Positions 60,417 through 64,000 of a stretch of 64,000 nucleotides of DNA are shown here, piece by piece. Position 1 is the first letter of the stretch, and each line of letters begins with the position of its first letter. The notes under the pieces are model-generated. The model saw only the letters and a list, made by a program, of their open reading frames with translations, had not been told where the DNA came from and made no database searches. The DNA is from an uncultured bacterium (GTDB taxonomy: Bacteria > Bacillota > Clostridia > Oscillospirales > Ruminococcaceae). The stretch is taken from the NCBI GenBank assembly GCA_905214345.1, contig CAJMLV010000004.1, positions 28,168 to 92,167 of the forward strand, in the 5' to 3' direction. A program made the position numbers and the translations under genes.

Positions 60417-61544
60417 ATGGCGCAAACCGTTACTGCGATCCTGGTGGCGGCGGGTTCCTCCCGGCGTATGGGATTCGATAAACTCAGCCATCGCCTGCCC
60501 GGCGGGCTGACCGTGCTGCAGACAAGTCTGCGGGCTTTTGAAAATCACCCCCGGATGACCGAACTGGTCCTGGTGGCCGGCGCCAATCTGGAAACCTGCC
60601 GACAGCTGGCGGCTGCCTGCAGCAAGCCCTGCACGGCGGTGCCCGGCGGCGCGACCCGGGCGGAAAGTGTCCGTGCCGGCCTGGCGGCTGCCGGCGGCGA
60701 TATTGTGGCCATCCACGATGCCGCCCGGCCTTTTGTCAGTGAGAGCGTCATCACGGCGGCTATCGAAGCCGCCGAACACAACGGTGCCGCCGCGCCCGCC
60801 GTGCCGGTAAAGGATACAGTCAAGGTGGCAGGGCAGGACGGACGGGTGCAGAGCACCCCTGACCGAGATACTTTGTTCGCGGTGCAGACGCCGCAGTGTT
60901 TCCGGCGGGATCTGTACCGCCAGGCGCTGGCCGCCGTTTCGGGGGACAGGGCCAACCTGGTTACCGACGACTGCAGCTTGTTTGAACTGGCGGGTCTGCC
61001 GGTGGTGCTGACCCCCGGTGACTATGCAAACCTGAAGATCACCACAAAAGAGGACTTGAAAGGGGAGAACACCATGCGCATCGGGCACGGTTATGACGTT
61101 CACCGCCTGGTGGAAGGCCGACGGCTGATTCTGGGCGGGGTGGATATCCCTTATGAAAAGGGGCTTCTGGGCCATTCTGACGCCGATGTGCTGCTGCACG
61201 CCATTTCCGACGCCCTGCTGGGAGCGGCTGCCTTGGGGGACATCGGCAAGCATTTCCCCGACACTGATCCCCGTTATAAAGGAGCCGACTCCCTGCGCCT
61301 TCTGCAGGAAGTGGGCCGCCTGATCGGCGAAGCCGGTTACACGGTGGGAAACATCGACGCCACCGTGCTTTGCCAGGCGCCCAAACTGGCTCCGCATATC
61401 CAGACCATGCGCACCAATATTGCCGGCGCCCTGGGGGTGGATGCGGACCGCGTGAGCGTCAAGGCCACCACCGAGGAACACCTGGGCTTTACCGGTCAGG
61501 GACAGGGCATCGCGGCCCACGCCGTGGCACTGCTGGAAGGCTGA
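60417..61544 (+). CDS. ispDF: Bifunctional 2-C-methyl-D-erythritol 4-phosphate cytidylyltransferase / 2-C-methyl-D-erythritol 2,4-cyclodiphosphate synthase (IspDF)
   Basis: N-terminal IspD ([10 protein letters not shown]) fused to C-terminal IspF (GHGYDVHRL ... [10 protein letters not shown]). Confidence 0.9.
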   Translation: MAQTVTAILVAAGSSRRMGFDKLSHRLPGGLTVLQTSLRAFENHPRMTELVLVAGANLETCRQLAAACSKPCTAVPGGATRAESVRAGLAAAGGDIVAIHDAARPFVSESVITAAIEAAEHNGAAAPAVPVKDTVKVAGQDGRVQSTPDRDTLFAVQTPQCFRRDLYRQALAAVSGDRANLVTDDCSLFELAGLPVVLTPGDYANLKITTKEDLKGENTMRIGHGYDVHRLVEGRRLILGGVDIPYEKGLLGHSDADVLLHAISDALLGAAALGDIGKHFPDTDPRYKGADSLRLLQEVGRLIGEAGYTVGNIDATVLCQAPKLAPHIQTMRTNIAGALGVDADRVSVKATTEEHLGFTGQGQGIAAHAVALLEG

Positions 61545-61651
61545 CCCCCCACGTTTCCCCGCAACTTTGCATCGGCACCCTGGTGTGCTATACTTAACAA
61601 GAGAACCGTCTCCGCCCTTTGCCCGGCGGCTGTAAGGAGGCTGTAACCGGC

Positions 61652-62551
61652 ATGCTCGGCTTTTACGACTTTTTCGGCGGTGTGATCAGCAACCTGCGTA
61701 CCTTTGGTGTGCGCGATCTGGTGGACATCCTGGTCATTACCGTTGCATTTTATGAACTGTTTCTGTTCGCAAAGAAATCCCGCGCGGGTCAGCTGGTTCG
61801 CGGCCTGATCCTGGCGCTGATCTGTTTTGCGCTGGCATATCTGTTTGAGCTGCGTACCGTGCGCTGGCTGCTGAACAACTTCCTGCAGGTGGGCTTCATC
61901 GCCGCCGTGGTGCTGTTCCAGCCGGAACTGCGCCGCACCCTGGAACGCCTGGGCCAGAGCGCCAACTGGACCGGACGCCTGTTCAGCATCCGCCGCAACG
62001 ACCCCTCTCTGCGGGCGGTGTGGCAGAGCGCTGTGGTAGCCATCTGCGATGCTGCGGAGCAGCTGTCCGACACCCGCACCGGTGCCCTGATGGTGCTGGA
62101 ACGCAACAACAATCTGGAAGAGATCATCCGTACCGGCACGCCTCTTTCTGCCAACGTCATCCCCGAAATGCTTGGTACCATCTTTTATGAAGGTACCCCC
62201 CTGCACGACGGCGCCGTGGTCATCCGCGACGGGCGCATTGTGGCGGCCGGCTGTGTGCTGCCCCTTTCCAACAACCTGGAAATGGGCAAAGATATGGGTA
62301 CCCGCCATCGTGCGGGCCTGGGTATGAGCGAGAACTCCGATGCCGTGGTCATCGTTGTCAGCGAGGAAACCGGCATCATCTCCCTGGCCAAAAACGGCGT
62401 TCTCATCCGCCGCCTGGACCGCCAGAACCTGTTCAATCTGCTGCAGGAGGAGATCATCCCGCCCGAAACGCAAGAGGAGCAGAAGGTGTCTGTGTGGAAC
62501 CGGTTGTTTGGCAAAGGAGGTGCCGTAAAGCATGCCGCTCAGAAAAAATAA
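61652..62551 (+). CDS. cdaA: Diadenylate cyclase CdaA (DacA)
   Basis: Three N-terminal TM helices plus a DAC domain (DGA, RHRAGLG motifs). RBS AAGGAGG. Confidence 0.9.
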   Translation: MLGFYDFFGGVISNLRTFGVRDLVDILVITVAFYELFLFAKKSRAGQLVRGLILALICFALAYLFELRTVRWLLNNFLQVGFIAAVVLFQPELRRTLERLGQSANWTGRLFSIRRNDPSLRAVWQSAVVAICDAAEQLSDTRTGALMVLERNNNLEEIIRTGTPLSANVIPEMLGTIFYEGTPLHDGAVVIRDGRIVAAGCVLPLSNNLEMGKDMGTRHRAGLGMSENSDAVVIVVSEETGIISLAKNGVLIRRLDRQNLFNLLQEEIIPPETQEEQKVSVWNRLFGKGGAVKHAAQKK

Positions 62552-63845
62552 ACCCGAACAGACCGCCATGGAACCCAAAAAGAGGGAGCGGCGCACAGTG
62601 TGGGATTATCCCGCGGTGCTGTGGTGCGCGGCGGTGGCCTGTGCCGTGCTGGCCTGGTTGATCGTGACCATGTATTTCGACCAGGAAAGCGACAAGACCG
62701 TAACGGTCAGCAACATCACCTATACCTACCAGTCCAGCACGTACAGCAGTCTTGGCCTGGACATCGTGGAAACCCCGGAGATTTCCGGCGTGACCGTGCG
62801 CATCAAGGGCAGCGGCACCATCATCGGCGGTATCCGGGAAAGCGACATCATGGTCTATCCCAAATACTCCACCGTCCGCGGCGCGGGCACCGTCACCCTG
62901 GAACTGGGGGCACGGTTCATCACCTCGGATTACGATAACCTGGGCATTGAGCTCATCGTGGAAAACCCCACCACCGTGACCGTGGTGTTTGATAACGTCA
63001 GCGAAAAGACCATGCGGGTCACTGCCGATACTTCTCAGATCGCCATTGCCGATGGGTTTATCCTGAACAGCGTGTCCAGCGTCCCGGCGGAAGTCACCCT
63101 CACCGGTCCCACCAGCGAGCTGGAACAGATCGACTCGGTGGTGGCCACCGTTACCAGCGAGGAGGAACTCAGCGACTCTGTTACCCTGGAAGCTCCTCTG
63201 GAAATGCGGGATGCCAACGGCAATGTGGTCACGCCGCAGTATACCACCATGGACAGCGACACCGCTGCCATTACCTTGAATGTACTGCAGGTAAGGGAAC
63301 TTCCGCTGACCGTAAACTTCATCGGTCTGCCTTCCGGATTTGATGAGTCCAGCCTGAAGTACTCCCTGGACCGCAGCACCCTGCGCGTAGCCGGACCTGC
63401 CCGTACCATCAGCAAGATGAACGAGCTGAGTGTGGCCAGCCTGGATCTGGGCCAGAGCTTTGCTTTTGACCGGGACTACCAGCTCTCGGTGGAACTGCCT
63501 GACGGTATCGTGTCCCAGGACGGCATCACTACCGTGACCCTGACCTTCGATACCACCAACATGGCCAGCACTACCCTGAATATCTCCAACATCCGGGTCA
63601 TCAATGTGCCCAGCGACATGGAAGTGGATGTGCTCACCAGCCGTATCAGCGGCGTGACCCTGTACGGACCTGCCGACGAGATCGAGGAACTTTCCGCCGA
63701 GAATGTCCAGGCCCAGGTGGATTGTCAGAGCATCTCGGTCACGGCCGGGCAGCAGACCCTGCCGGTCACCATCCAGATCCCGTCGTCCAGCCGCATTTTC
63801 GCGGTGGGCAGCTACACGGTGCAGTGCGCCATCACCACCCAGTAA
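62532..63845 (+). CDS. cdaR: CdaA regulatory protein CdaR (YbbR-like domain repeats)
   Basis: N-terminal TM helix and four YbbR-like beta domains. Start overlaps the cdaA 3' end. RBS AAAGGAGGTG. Confidence 0.85.
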   Translation: MPLRKNKPEQTAMEPKKRERRTVWDYPAVLWCAAVACAVLAWLIVTMYFDQESDKTVTVSNITYTYQSSTYSSLGLDIVETPEISGVTVRIKGSGTIIGGIRESDIMVYPKYSTVRGAGTVTLELGARFITSDYDNLGIELIVENPTTVTVVFDNVSEKTMRVTADTSQIAIADGFILNSVSSVPAEVTLTGPTSELEQIDSVVATVTSEEELSDSVTLEAPLEMRDANGNVVTPQYTTMDSDTAAITLNVLQVRELPLTVNFIGLPSGFDESSLKYSLDRSTLRVAGPARTISKMNELSVASLDLGQSFAFDRDYQLSVELPDGIVSQDGITTVTLTFDTTNMASTTLNISNIRVINVPSDMEVDVLTSRISGVTLYGPADEIEELSAENVQAQVDCQSISVTAGQQTLPVTIQIPSSSRIFAVGSYTVQCAITTQ

Positions 63846-63866
63846 AAAAGGAGAATACATCCAAAA

Positions 63867-64000
63867 GTGCTTTTGGTACGCAATATCCGCCTGTCGCTGA
63901 CCTGCCCCGACCCAGGGGCCGAGGCCGTGCGCCGGGCCAGAAAGATGCTGGGCCTTCCCGCCGGCAAAACGGCGGGAGGGGGCATCGCAAAACTTTCGGT
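63867..64000 (+). CDS. FAD-dependent oxidoreductase-like protein (COG2509-type N-terminus), 5' fragment; 3' end lies outside the window
   Basis: GTG start after RBS AAGGAG. N-terminus VRNIRLSL...AEAVRRARKMLGLP. Only 44 codons are visible. Confidence 0.35.
   Translation, partial: MLLVRNIRLSLTCPDPGAEAVRRARKMLGLPAGKTAGGGIAKLS

Overview
This is a high-GC (about 60%) chromosomal segment that looks like a spore-forming Clostridia genome (spoIVB and spo0A are adjacent; an oscillospiraceae/ruminococcaceae-type gut anaerobe is a guess, not a call). Both strands are densely coded; the many long antisense shadow ORFs in the six-frame track are GC-frame artefacts and are not called.

Housekeeping genes, in order: hemW; a BI-1/YccA membrane protein; the potABCD polyamine importer, with potD interrupted by an in-frame TAG; an acyl-ACP thioesterase; guaB; a thiol-redox cluster (trxA, crp/fnr, ccdA, tlpA/resA); oppABCDF plus a cytoplasmic NlpC/P60 murein-peptide peptidase; pnp and rpsO; a GT2 glycosyltransferase; metA and metY; clpB with a CIRCE/HrcA operator; purA; a cation diffusion facilitator (CDF) transporter; malic enzyme and two-subunit class I fumarase; trkA and trkH; a CE4 deacetylase; a GH13 amylase; an EamA transporter; spoIVB; spo0A; ispDF; cdaA-cdaR.

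Accessory or regulatory modules:
- a YtrA-type GntR/ABC operon with a perfect 15-bp inverted-repeat operator;
- a response-regulator/ABC/permease/histidine-kinase peptide-antibiotic-resistance-type module;
- a PadR-DUF1700/DUF4097 envelope module with a palindromic operator;
- an orphan SdpR/SdpI-like immunity pair;
- a candidate small RNA (strong promoter followed by tandem terminators);
- the most unusual item: a 4.4-kb block bracketed by two inverted tRNA-Leu genes. It carries a PerR-like repressor with its own Per box, translationally coupled to a single-polypeptide fusion of [FeFe]-hydrogenase, rubredoxin and rubrerythrin, plus a MATE exporter. This is a putative H2-driven peroxide/oxygen detoxification system.

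All calls are from reading the sequence. No database search was run.
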